Shown: positions 13,760-26,705, counted from the stretch's first letter. The stretch: 64,000 nt of DNA from Callorhinchus milii (GCF_018977255.1 NW_024704773.1:806001-870000); one strand, 5' to 3'. The notes: generated from the sequence alone by a model not told the origin. Numbers and translations: made by a program.

Positions 13760-15131
13760 GTAAGCACAATAATTCACAGCAACCAACAGAGTAGAGACAA
13801 AAGTAGAGTTTGACTTGACATTTATCCCTCTTCAATTCGCTTGCTAAATTCCCAAGCTCCCGATCACTAATAAAAAAAAGATTGCTTTGTTGCGAAGGAA
13901 TTTTGAATTACAAAGTCAGTAAAAAGATTATTATTTTTAGCCATTGATGCCAACCAGGTTCCCCATTTCAAATGGACACCACCATCAAGTGTTTGACACA
14001 CGACACACCTCTCCGTCAGGGTTGGCTGACAATGAATGACCCTGGCATTCCGACTCACAACACCACCTGGAGTGGGTGCTGTCAGATGCAATTCACAGCT
14101 GTGGCTGTGTAAACATGGCAAGTGCAAGTCACGCTACACTTGCTCCCTTGTGCTCTGTTGAAAGCTCTTGGGAGTTCCAGTCAACCTCCAGGTAACCTTT
14201 AAAGGAGCAATTTCTTTTAAATAGTGTTATTTAAAGAGACAATACGATGATTGGCTCTTTAATAGCAATTTTAAGAAATCTGTGGCAGGTCGGCTGGGTG
14301 CACGTGACAAACTCAAACAAAAAGAACATTTTAAAAAAAACTTATCCTACCCTAGACCAAGACTATATTCTAGGAAAATAGCATCACTTCCTTCTCCCAT
14401 TTCCTGAGAGTTTTCCAAAGCCAAATAGCATGGCCAAAGGGAGAGTGAGACAACACAACCCTGAAAAAAACACATCCACATCGACATCCTTGCCCCAAGC
14501 TAAAAAAATTCCATTTAAACCCACCGCCCCCCATAATGATTTATCTGAGATTTAAGTTCTCAGATAAATTATTATTGCTGGACTTATTTCTGCTTATCGA
14601 CACACTTCAATAAAAATAAACCCAGGTCTAATTTGAGGTTCCTTCGCTATCCCCAGGTGACCTTTCTTTGACCATGTGGCAGTATACAATTTGTGTGAGA
14701 CTTTTTATTCTGTTCTAATGTCCACCAGATAATTATGCATCATTAGTCCTTGATTTGCTCAGTCACAGAGCTGCAAGAAATGATAAGTTGTTCAGCCTTC
14801 ATAAAGCAGCTTTGCTACATACTAAGTATGAAATAAATCGTGGGCTTCCTGAAGATCATTTTATCTTCAGAGATAATTACCTAAGATTATGATCCTGTCT
14901 CTTATTCTGAATCAACTTCTAACTATACACCCAGAACCCAATATCCTGAAAATGATTTAAGCCGCTTATTATGTATCCTGAACTCCGTTAATCTTTGATT
15001 CCAGGAATTATTTAAGCAGATACACAAAATGAATTGACTGATGGTTCAGCGCGCTGACCTCCGCATGTTCGGAACTGATGATTTTTTTTTCCTCCTGATG
15101 TTGCTCAAATGTGCACTGTCTTGTTTTATAG

Positions 15132-15298
15132 GTTGGAGAGACAATTGGGATCACTGAGGAGATCATGGGATTGACAATTTTAGCCGCAGGTACATCTATA
15201 CCTGACCTCATCACAAGTGTCATTGTAGCACGCAAGGGACTTGGCGATATGGCAGTGTCGAGCTCAGTGGGAAGCAATATATTTGACATTACAGTTGG
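15132..15298 (+). CDS. SLC24A2: SLC24A2/NCKX2 coding exon with alpha-2 repeat
   Basis: tttatag|GTT...GG|gtaagt; 167 nt; [56 protein letters not shown]. Confidence 0.98.
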
Positions 15299-15653
15299 GT
15301 AAGTCATGAAAAATCATATCCAATCATTTTCAAGTCATACCCATTTTTTCCCCCCCCTCTTCTGACTATTTCCATTTCTTCAGTTAAACAGCTCTGTATA
15401 ATAATCACATGATTTAGATCATATGAATATGCTCTGTTTGATGGAGCGATTGGACTCTTCAACCTTTGATATTAACTTTGATGATCACGCAAGTGGCATT
15501 AGGCAAATTACTTTGCAATAATGACGTTTTCTAGAAGTTTCCACTGTAGCATCCTTTGATGTCACCCCAGTTCAATTGGCAGCATTCTTGCTCCTGGGTA
15601 CAAAGCTTCTGCATTCAAGCCCCACTTTGGGACTTTGAGCTCATACTGTAGCC

Positions 15654-15984
15654 CACAGTGGTCCATCCTTCTGGCTGCTGAGGGCTGAATACTGGATTTG
15701 AGAAACTCTGTAGGCCACATAACAACAACAACAACAACAAGATTCCATTTATAGAGCGCCTTTCACGTCGGGAGGACATCCCGAGGCGCAATATTTTATC
15801 CTGATTGGCCAATCCTGTTGCTGGGCGGAGCCTGAGCTCCCAGTGACCATCTCCTGATTGGTTCAGGGCCTGTAAGGTGCTTATATTTGCCCTTCGGACA
15901 GTGAAGTCAGAAATGGTTCGCGGACCGGATTAAGTCATCCCTCGGGCCAGATGCAGCCCATGGGCTGCCAGTTGGACCAGCTTG
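15654..15984. mobile_element. hAT (Charlie/MER30-like) non-autonomous DNA transposon inside a DeuSINE
   Basis: Imperfect TIRs cacagtggtcc / ggaccagcttg; subterminal gggccagatgcagcccatgggctgccagttgg; decayed 8-bp flanks ctgtagcc / gtctagac. Confidence 0.55.
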
Positions 15985-16328
15985 GTCTAGACTGACACAC
16001 CAATACAGTGCTGGGATGTGCTGCATTGTTCAAGGTGCTATCTGCCTGTACAAGTGGATGTTAACTATCCCATGTCACTGTTCGAAAAGAGAAGGGAGTT
16101 TCTCCCGGTGTTCCAGATAACAAACCCCCAGATAAAATTGGTCATTCACTTCATGGTTGTTTGAGGATGGTTTTTGCCCTTCTTCGTCAGTCCAACCCTA
16201 GAAAATAAATATCAAAACAAATAATGATAAGCCTCTCCAGGGCCTGCAAGTTACAATAACACTCAGCTCATTGCAAACTAAAGAAAATGGCAGCCAGTGA
16301 TTATGACCATGGCCACCAATTGGCTGTA

Positions 16329-16647
16329 GGAGTCCTGTAGCTTAGTGGTTGGAGCACTCTTGCAAGCGAGAGACCTGGGTTCAATTCCCAGCAGGGCGAA
16401 ATCTTGGACAAGTTTCCATACTACCACACGCATACCTGATAATAATCTCTCAAAAAAAACAATAATAAAATTGGTCACTTCAATCCATGACTGTTTGTGG
16501 GACACTGCTGTGCGAAATCGGCTGCCGCGTTTTGCCCACAAATATACAGTCAATACACTTCACAGTATATTCTGTGAAGAGCTTTGAGTCGTCTAGAAGA
16601 TGTGAAAAGGCACTCTATCAAATGCAAGGATTATTATTTATTATTAT
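16329..16647 (+). mobile_element. Young tRNA(Ala)-like-headed SINE, short subfamily
   Basis: A box tagcttagtgg, B box gggttcaattccc, shared body, L2-like tail and (att)n. Confidence 0.88.
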
Positions 16648-17299
16648 GACAAACGGAGAGACCTCTTACCAGTGTGGTGTGCTGCTACCTGGTGGTCATT
16701 TAAGATTAAACACTCAATCACTAAATCGCACAATGTTAATTATTACAGTGAAGGCTTAAAAAAGTAGCAAATTTGACTTTAATGTACCCTCAAATAGCAT
16801 TTTGTATCCTTCTGTGAGGTAAAAGCAAGAAACAACAGCTCTATTACTGCAATTTAATAATAAAAGCAATCCTTATATTTGACATAGCACCTTTCACGTT
16901 ATTGCCCGGTTTAAAGTGTAGGGTGTGCTAAATAAACCTTAGCTTTATATAGAAAGCTAGTCATCAAAACCACTGTCTTGGCTGTCTCTCTGAAACAACT
17001 ATCCACTTAAACACACTCTGCTCCTGTTTACCCATACTCTTTTACATTTCTCCTTTTCGCATCTTTTTCTAATTTCCTGTAAAGGCAAATATAGATACTG
17101 CCATTCTGGCCAGGGTATTCCATGTCCTAACAGCCCTCCGAGTAAAACAAAATTAAAACCTCTCCCTTTGCTCTTTTGATAATTACCTTAAATCGCTGCC
17201 CTCCAGTGGAAATGATTCCTTCCTCCCCATTTACTATTATCAAAATCCCTTGTAGTTTTTAAAACCTCTATCACGTCTTCTCTCAACTTTTTAAATGGG

Positions 17300-17581
17300 A
17301 TTGTAAAGGTAAAGTCAGATCAATACTTTAGTATCCACCAAGACAGAAGAACAAAATGACATACATTTAAAGTTGCAAAGAGCAATGTCAGGACGGATAC
17401 CAGCCAGTTTTTCTTTACTCAGTGGGTATTTAACTACTGGAACAGGTACTAGGAAGGCAGGTGGCGCCAGGGCACTGGAGTCATTTTAAAAATAAGCTTG
17501 ATCCTGTTATGGGTATTCTGGAGGGATAAAATCAGGTGAGCCAAAGGGCCTTCTTCAACCAAACTGATCTTGTATGTTCTT
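17300..17581 (+). mobile_element. CR1 3' fragment
   Basis: Similar to 10975-11235 and 37480-37700; ends gatcttgtatgttctt. Confidence 0.65.
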
Positions 17582-17739
17582 GGGAAGAAAGGCAGGAATG
17601 TTAAATAACATCCCTTCAAAAAATGAGTGGGAACTTAGCAGTTGCTGGAGGAGTTGAAAATCTTTTGGACAGGTGAGTGTGTATGGTCTTTTATTTTTGG
17701 AGCTGTTTTTAAGTCTTTTTCTCTTTTGTGTTTACACAG

Positions 17740-17989
17740 CCTGCCACTCCCATGGCTCCTGTTTTCCCTCACACACAATTTTACCAAAATCCAGGTTAGC
17801 AGCAACGGCCTGTTCTGCGCTATCGTCCTCCTGTTCATCATGCTTCTCTTCGTCATCCTCTCGATCGGGGCCTGCAGATGGAAAATGAACAAAATCCTTG
17901 GACTGATCATGTTTGTCTTGTACATTGTGTTTCTGATCACCAGTGTTCTGTTGGAACAGAAGATCATAGAATGCCCAGTGTCAATCTGA
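17740..17989 (+). CDS. SLC24A2: SLC24A2/NCKX2 last coding exon
   Basis: ttacacag|C CTG CCA...TGA; completes the split Gly codon; LPLPWLLFSLTHNFTKIQVSSNGLFCAIVLLFIMLLFVILSIGACRWKMNKILGLIMFVLYIVFLITSVLLEQKIIECPVSI*; the CPVSI end and ACER2 neighbour favour SLC24A2 over SLC24A1. Confidence 0.97.
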
Positions 17990-20900
17990 GTTTCGCCTTG
18001 TGCTCGGTGTCACTTTGACACTGATGGGATGGAAATGACTCCTCCTGGCCGCTGCAGCCTTTCCTTGTTTCAGATTGACTCAGCCGCCACACACAACTCA
18101 ACCAAGGATGGAGAACGTGATTTAAAACAAAACAAGCGTTTTTTTTTTGTGCTTGATTGACCAATATTCAGTTTTTATTTCAAGCAAATGGGGTAGTACT
18201 GGTGTTTGGGTCGGTGGCATTCAAAGGATGAAAGCGAAGGATTTGTACTTTCTGGGATTTTTTCACTTGGGTTTAAATCTAATGTCTCCAAGAAGCCTGC
18301 TGTTCAAACTGATTATAAAGTCTTTTAAGATTCCTTTTTCCCCTGCGTTGCTTGGTCATGTTTAAACAGCAGATTTTTTTCTTCTTTCCCTCCCTACCCC
18401 TCCTCCTTCCCACCCAGATGTTGAAATAATCCTGCATCATCTATCAGAATGACCCAGAGGTTTTCTTTTTAATAGAAAGAGAATGGCGCATAAAAGCTGG
18501 TTTCAATGGTCACGGGTTTTTCTTTGGACATATAGCAATAGAGCATGTACCTCTAACCAAGCCTGGCTGATCCTTTTGTTATTTTTTTAGGAATACATCT
18601 GCATAAACTGACAATCATATCAGTACTGGAGGCATGGCGTTAGGAATACAATTACTTTTAGAAGTCTTACGTAGAACTTTTTTTTTACACACATTTATGA
18701 AAAAACATTATATGATGACAATTTTATGTTTTTATAACTTATTTTGGCTTAACTGCAACAGTTTTGACTACCAGTGCATCCTATTATTGAATGAAATGAT
18801 GAAGCTGCTATAGATTGTGGTACTTGAAGCAAATTCAATCAGGTGTGAATGGCTATATTAAGGTCATAGCTGTTTATCTATTGTTAAAGACTTAGCTGTT
18901 TATTATACACTTAACACTAAGATTATTCTGCCTGGCACAGATTAAGATTTAGTGATTGACATTCTGCCATATTGTGGAATTAACACCTTAGGGCCTATAG
19001 ATCATCTCTGCACTTTACTTAGATAATGTTAGACGTTATTATATGTTCTCATTTTACAGTCTGTCTTTTGTTTTAAAAGACTCGCTAAGAATATATTTTC
19101 AACGTAAAATAGTCAAACCTGACATGCAATAGGCAACACAGCCTTTCTTTGAGATGTAGTGATTTAAAATGCTGTGATTGACATTTTTTTAAGAAAGAAT
19201 TACAACTTTATTCTATATTCCTTACAAAAGTTATTTATTTAATTAGATTGTGTTTCTTCCCTCTCAAAATTCAAGTTTGGTAAAGAATGAAATTGTCGCT
19301 CCAACAGTAGGAAATCAACCCCCGTGCAAACTCTTTCACTCACTTCTCTGCATAACTGTTGCTGTTGCCACTGCTTCACACAGTATTTACTGCATAGCTC
19401 AGATAAATGTAGGGGGAGCTGCATGACAACCTATCTTATGCATACAGTGCAAAATCATTATCTATACTGATCTTTACTCTTCTATATGCTGCTGTTAAAT
19501 GGCTTTAAATATGTAAAATGATTGCAAGTTACCAGATTCAGTAAGTGTGGCCATTCTGTTTAATGCAATATACTGTTACTTCGCAAACCTAGGGCTGTGA
19601 ACATGTTAACATCAGTGGATATTTTACTACTGCATCTTCCGGTAAGAATTGGAATGGGGGAGGGAGATATAGAGACGACAACAACAACAACAAAATAGAG
19701 GGAATCGATGGGTCATTTACTGCTGTCAAGAAGAATTAATGCATAATACAGCAATAAGATCATTTTGATGGGCACTATAGTCTTTACAGTAATGATCATT
19801 CGCAATGCCCTGATTAAAAAGTACTGTGCTTAATACTATTGTTATCAATCTCAGATGTATTATAAATTCTCAATAAGTTGTGGTTTTGGCCAAGAGGTTT
19901 GATTGAAGCTACTCTGGTGCCGCACTCGACAACAACAACAGCAGCAACAGCTTGCATTTATATAGCGTCCTTCATGCTGGGCGTCTCAGGGCGCTATTCA
20001 TGAAGTTCTGAGCAGTAATGGGCAGGAAGATATGTGTGTGTCGGGGGATTCTCTGCCCAATAGCTTTGCCCAGAGTTGAATTTGATTTCTTAAACAAACA
20101 CCAGTGTTTGGCAGAGATTCAGAGCCCCTAAATTTCTCTTGTCCTTTGGCTTATGACCCTTTTTGGTCAAACTTAAGATTGTGCAGAACTTTGGAGAGCA
20201 GTCTTAAACTCAAGTCTTAATTTTAAAACTGATTTTCCAGTTCTTTTCCAGTCTTGCGAAAACTGGTTGTGCCTGTTTTCTAAACATTTGCATGATGTTA
20301 AGATAGTGATCTGAAGCCTGAGAACATAAATTTGGGGAAGGACTGGACTGTGTGTGTGGGGGTGGGGGGGTGGGGGGGGGGTGGGGAGGGGGAGGTGTAT
20401 TTATTAAATATCTGAGTAAAATGAAATTGTCTCTTTTTAAAGTGCAGTGATCACTTACAAAGGCATTTTACCACGCTGGTTTAACGCACAAAGCAATTGA
20501 TATCAGCCTCCCTACAGCAACGTTAAAGCTAAAGCAATGAGAACTAAGCCATAATACAAACACTGCCTAACAAAATCCATTGTACAATAAATCACTCTCC
20601 TCCACTTTCCCGAACAATTGTTTCATTTCAACTTACAACCTGTTACAGACCAAAAAAGTTTTTTTAAACTCCTCTTGGGATGTGGTGACACTGGCAGGGC
20701 CAGAGTTTCTTGCTACTCTGAGATGGTCATGGTGGTGCAGTTTTACTTTTAAGCCAAGAGTTCTTGTGGAGATGGTATTGGGTTGGGAGTTCCAGATTTT
20801 TGACCCAGTGACAATGGAAGAACATCAACCTATGTTCAACCAGGATTGTAAGTGGTCTACAGGGGAACATGGATTAAATTATGACTAGAAAACATTTTCA

Positions 20901-23330
20901 CTAAGCCATCTCCCACACTTTTTTATTTCTAGTTCAGTGTGTACTTTCCTTTATTATTTGTCTCGTTCTGTTCTTTTTTTGTGTTTTTTCCCCGGTCATT
21001 TTTATTATTTTGCAACCTTGACTCTTAGACACCAGTTTCACCTTCCTATTTCCTGGTTGGATATCCCAGTAAATCCCAGCGCCTTGTGACATCCTCCCGA
21101 AGTGAAAGGCGCTTATAAAAGTAACTTCTTGTTGTTGTATTTGTTGTAAATTTTTCCCATCCAGATATTCTGTTGTCTCTTCCCAGGTTCTTTTACTTGC
21201 TTAAGTCTTGTAATTGGTTTCATCAAACTGGCTCAGTCCTGCAATGCCAAATATGTTTTATTGTCTCCTAGCTGCAATTTAAACTTCTAATACTTTTTAG
21301 AAAATCAGCAATTTGAAACAGATCAACTAAATAGTAACAATAATAAGTTTCCATTTTATTTAGTACCGAAAGGTTTCTAAGCACTTTACTCTTTTTTAAG
21401 TGTAGTCTCTGTTGTCAGTTCCTGGCTGATCTGTGTCCAGTGAAAGAGTTCAAAGATCAAATGTGAGATGTGAGCGAGCGACTGATTGTCGTTTGAATGA
21501 ATAATTGAATGAATTATTATCCTTTCAAAAGGTTATGTTTCTTAAATTGGCAGTAGCACATGAATGAAATTCTTATTGACAGCAATAAATGTACAGAACA
21601 AAAAGTTGTTAAGTTTGATAATAATGATAAAAGCATCATTATTTGGGGCCTGTAACAATTCTGTTAGTTTTATTATTGCAGCAAGTAGTCCCGACAATGA
21701 TTCTAAATGAGGTGCAGTCAATACTTAATGCTGGGACGTTATTCACTCATCTTTCTAAGTAAATTTCTCTTGGGGTTAACAAAATTACCTCAAACACACA
21801 CCCGCACACACATTGCAGGATATATTGCATGGAAATTAAAGATGCATCTTTTACTAAGCCATTGCTCCACTGTATGATAGTTTTAAACCTAAGATATGTG
21901 GCATTTTAACACTTCTGCCACCCAGACTTTGTTCTCGGGTCTATCAAACCTGGATGTAATAGCTCTGTGAATAAAATCTTAGTTGTAAAAATAATAAATG
22001 CAAAGCACAGTGAGTGGAATAGCCTCAGATGGCTCTTGAAGAACAACCATTAAATAATGCTTGATGACTGCCTACATTGCAGATAAGACATAGGCCCTCA
22101 GATTCATTATGTCGTAACTTTTTATCTGTTTTGAAATACAGTACTGTATAGAGATTTGAAGTTCCTGCAATCTAATGTCTGTTGAAGTCATATTTCAGAA
22201 CTATTTCATATAGAGATACACGTATTTATTGAACACTGTGCAACACCTTTGTGAAAGAGTAAAAGAATGCAGAGATGATGTAATGTGCATGTATTTTAAT
22301 AACACATCTGTCCATTTCTAGGAAGTAATAGAATTACACTTTGTAAGAATATTCATCCGTGCTGTGAATCTGTGAAATAAAAATGCAAAACTCACTCTCC
22401 CTTGTATCTAACGCAAAGCAATATTTGATTGCCGTAATTGAATTTGTTAGAAGACATCTCTCAAAATAGTCCAAAAAATGAGTATCTATCTGCCAGTATT
22501 CCTTGGATTTACAAAATCACTATTAATCTTTTGGTTTCTATCAGATTCTGTTACTCTTGAGTAAAAATGTGGTCCAACTGGTGAGTTTCCAGACAGGCTT
22601 AACTCCCAGCAAAGCCAGTGAAACCTGGCCCCAAAATCTCTATTTTCGGACATAATGCAAGCTGCAGAAAATGCTGTGCCCACTGTAGCCCCAACTTTCT
22701 TATACCTTTTTGGCTCTGTTTTTATTCTTTTTAACAAAAATAAAAATGAAACTATTTTTAGCAACAGATGCAATCACTGATGTGATTAGGTTTGCCTCAT
22801 TGCACTGCCCCTCTGTTAAATTGCCTGACAAATTGCCTTGAAAAGCAATTTACCAGACAATATATCCCTTTAACCCTAATTCCAGACTCTCCAACCTTCA
22901 CACAAATATTAATTGTGAGGACTATATATACATGTTGGGCATTGCCATTAACCAGTGCAACTTGAAATAATGTACGTAAATAATTTAACATTATTCAAAC
23001 AAGCATAGACTTAAAACCAAATGTACTGTAACTGTGTATAGGTGTAGTCCTTGTCATTAAAAAAAAGTTCATTAACAGTAGTGCACGACTGTACATAGAA
23101 AAAAAATATTTATTGTACATAAACTATTAAAAATATATAAGGGTTGCTTTCTGAAAAAATTATTTTGTTTCTTGCACTATTGTTATTGTTTTTGCTGTGT
23201 TTGTGTAAGGTTGCTCCACCGTAATAATATTCTTGTACCGCTGAAGGCAATCTATTTCAATTGTGTCAGAATTATAATGTATTTATGGAAACGTAAGTGT
23301 GAAAATAAAAATTACAAATGAAATCTCTAC
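17990..23330 (+). other. Probable long 3'UTR of SLC24A2
   Basis: SINE-poor, AU-rich tract after the stop; AATAAA at 21584, 21970, 22376 and 23304; dense repeats resume immediately after ~23340. The end point is inferred. Confidence 0.55.
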
Positions 23331-23494
23331 CCCTTACCATTCTTAGGACAACCACAACAACAAAATTGACTGTGTATTTATGTAGTGCCCTTCACGCAGG
23401 GTAGTGTCCTGGAGCGCTTGACAGTGGCGAGTCTGACACCAAGCCAAGGGGAGAGGGAGGGGATCATTCATCTTGGCTTTCAGAGGAATCTTCA

Positions 23495-24200
23495 TAATAA
23501 TGACTCTTACATTTGGTAAAGCTCCTTTCATGTTGGGAGGACATCTCAAAGCTACTTCATAGAATTTGCTGTAAAATGTAGTGACTGTTTTTGTAAGTGA
23601 ATGCAGCTGCCAAATTCCACAAAACAAAGTCCCACAAACAGCCATGAATTGATTGACCAATTTTATTTGGGGAAAGAGGGTTGTTGGCTCGGACACTTGG
23701 AGAAATTCCCTTCTCTTTTTGAATAGTGTTATAGGATCTTTAGCATCCACCTGAACAGGCAGACAAGGCCTTGGTTTAACATTTGATTCAAAGTTACCTC
23801 CAACAATGCAGCGCTGTATTAGACCGTGAGTTCAAATAATAATAATAATCCTTGCATTTGATATAGTGCTTTTCACATCTTCTAGACGTCTCAAAGCGCT
23901 TCACAGAATATACTGTAAAGTGAAATTGACTGTATATTTGTGGGCGAAACGTGGCAGCCAATTGCGCACAGCAATGTCCCACAAACAGTCGTGGATTAAA
24001 ATGATCAATTTTTTTTGAGGGATTATTATCAGGCGTGTGGAGTAAGGAAACTTGCCCAAGGTTTCCCCCTGCCGGGAATAGAACCCAGGTCTCTCGCTTG
24101 CAAAACGAGTGCTCTAAACACTGAGCTACAGGACTCCACCCTGTAAGTCCCATGTATCTTGAATTCACAACTTGACTCAGAAGAAGAGTGCTACCAACAT
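23495..24200 (-). mobile_element. DeuSINE interrupted by a young SINE at 23836-24139
   Basis: Deu tail and core at 23495-23820, full-length young SINE, then the Deu head resumes (ttgactcagaagaagagtgctaccaac). Confidence 0.8.
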
Positions 24201-25353
24201 GGTTACATGAACCTGTCTGATATCACTTACAGGGCTTTGCCACAAGAGACCATGTAAGTTACAGGCTTTACAACTGTAGGTATTTTGTTTTCAAAGCAGG
24301 AATACTTTCCTGAAATGACAGACAGTGGGCACAGAAGCTTGGGCTTAAGGTTCCAAAGGACTTTTTAACGATGTCACATCTGCTATCTTTATCTTAATCT
24401 TATCAAGGAATTTTATACTCTTGTTCAAGGATAATCAGATTGTAGAATTAATTCTTAAATAATAAAAAATCAACCCAACCCAAAAACAGTGTCTGCTGAG
24501 GTAAAAACAACAACAACTTGGATTTTGTATGTTGCTGTATATTCGACATTCAACTCTTTGGGTAAAGAAATGTTCCATTTTCAAGATGATTCACTCTCAT
24601 TTTAAGATTATGTCCCTGTTCTGGAGCCAAAGCGGTAACTTTACTGTGTGTGCTATACCTGACATGGGGTATGGTAAGGTTTGACCATGTGTAAACTCTG
24701 CTTGTAATCAGGCAGACTGGAAACCACTGAGGGCAGCGTTATATCCTCTAAGGCCATTGGTAAGAGAAAATCAAAATTAAAGTGTAATTAAATGAAATGT
24801 AACATTTTAATAATCTGGCAGCCATTCATTATTTATTCAGTCAATGAGCTCCAAATTAGAGTTCGAGCTGGCATATCCTTGCTTATATTTTCTATTATAA
24901 AGGTAAAGATTATTACGGTTGATGAACTCCTTGTTCATTTTTTTATCTTATTGGACCAAGGCATTCATGTCAGACTCCACTACACGCAGTGGTGGCATCA
25001 AAATTCCATTATAACCATTATCATTTGCTGCCTTTACAGCCACCTGACATATTCTATGAAGAATATTCTATTCTCTGCTTTGAAAAATTCCATTTATACC
25101 TTGTGAAGCAAGAACGGTTCATATCATGGGCTCTGAACCAGTTGTGCAGAAATGAAACTTCAAGCTTTAAACAACTCTGTGATTCCCTTTTCATTATAAA
25201 ATGTTTCAAGACAGTTATCTGATGCGAAAGGCACTAAGTGTATGACTGCAAGTTGTTGTTTCTAATACACAAACGCTCCTCAGATACTCATCTCGCCCAA
25301 GTTCAGTTCAATCATTTTGTCTATATTGCAATTAGGGTTACAGTAGGATTACG

Positions 25354-25685
25354 TGGACTCTTGTAGCATAGTGGTTAGCATGCTCACCTCGCAAGCGACA
25401 AGTTTGATTCATGGGCATGGCAAAACTTGAGTCAAGTTTCCTTACTCCACACACAGCAGTAAGTAGGAACTCGGTTGTTAGTCGATTGGTGGATCACTTT
25501 CCTGGGTAACAATCCCTTTGGTCACTCAAACCTCGACTGTTTGTGGGACAATGCTGTGCGCAATTGGCTGCCACGATTCACCCTCGAAATATAATCAATT
25601 CAATTTACAATATATTCTCTGAAGCGCTTTGAGACGTCTCAACGATGTGATAAGACGCTATATCAAATGCAAGGATTATTATTAT
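25354..25685 (+). mobile_element. Young SINE, long subfamily
   Basis: Carries the internal segment agcagtaagtaggaactcggttgttagtcgattggtggatcactttcc; tail gagacgtctcaacgatgtgataagacgc and (att)n. Confidence 0.85.
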
Positions 25686-26370
25686 AGGGTGAATTTAGTG
25701 TGAATTGCTTCCACTTAGCTAATAGCAAAAGAGATAGCATTGGCCACCCACATATTTTGCTGTGCATTAGCTTTCAGCTCAGGGAAACTAGGGATGTTGA
25801 TGTGGGTTGGGATACACGTATATCTTGTAAGATGTCTATAAAAAAAGGAATAGAACATGCAGTATGTGAGGGGAATAATATGAAAGGCATAATCCTATAG
25901 ACTATCAGAGAAAAGAGACTTGAGGCACTTCTTCACGTTTGATAGCTGTGCAACAAATCTTTGCATAGAACCAAACCAATTTTTCTGTGTGTGATAGTAA
26001 TAATAATTCTTGCATTTGATATAGCGCCTTATCACGTTGTTGAGATGTCTCAAAGCACTTCACAGAATATATTGTAAAGTGTAGTGACTGTGAATTTTGT
26101 GGGTGGAACGATATATAATATAGGAAATAAGCTTTTGCTATGTTATGAAGCCTGATGCTCTTATTACTTTTGAGCATTGTGAGTTATAAATAAAAACATT
26201 AACTGGTTGCAATAGTTAATAACAAGGTGTCTGTGAACTTTAAAAGAATCTAGTGTCTGGTCACGATCCTTACATTTGGTAAAGTGCCTTTTAATGTCTT
26301 ACTGGACAGTCTCACCTTATCTGAAGGATGGCACCTCCAACAATGCAACACTGCATTGGAGTGTCATCTG

Positions 26371-26705
26371 TGGAGTCCTGTAGCTCAGTGGTTCGAGCAC
26401 TCGCTTTGCAAGCGAAAGACCTGAGTTCAATTCCAGGCAGAGAGGGAAACCTTGGGCAAGTTTCCTTACTCCACACAGAGCCTAATAATAATCCCTCCAA
26501 AACCAAAAACAATAATAAATTGGTCATTTTCAATCCACGACTGTTTGTGGGACATTGCTGTGTGCAATTGGCTGCCGCGTTCGCCCACAAATATACAGTC
26601 AATTCACTTTACAGTGTGTTCTGTAAAGCGCTTTGGGACGTCCTTCCGACATGAAAAGCGCTATATCAAATGCAAGGATTATTATTATTATTATTATTAT
26701 TATTA
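26371..26705 (+). mobile_element. Young SINE, short subfamily, full length
   Basis: ggagtcctgtagctcagtggttcgagcactcgctttgcaagcgaaagacctgagttcaattcc head; long (att)n tail. Confidence 0.9.

Noticed and set aside
26371-26445. tRNA-Ala(TGC)-like sequence, also at 16329, 24070-24139, 37933 and 47460-47533
   Set aside because: No proper acceptor stem, and each continues into a SINE body and (att)n tail; these are SINE heads, not tRNA genes
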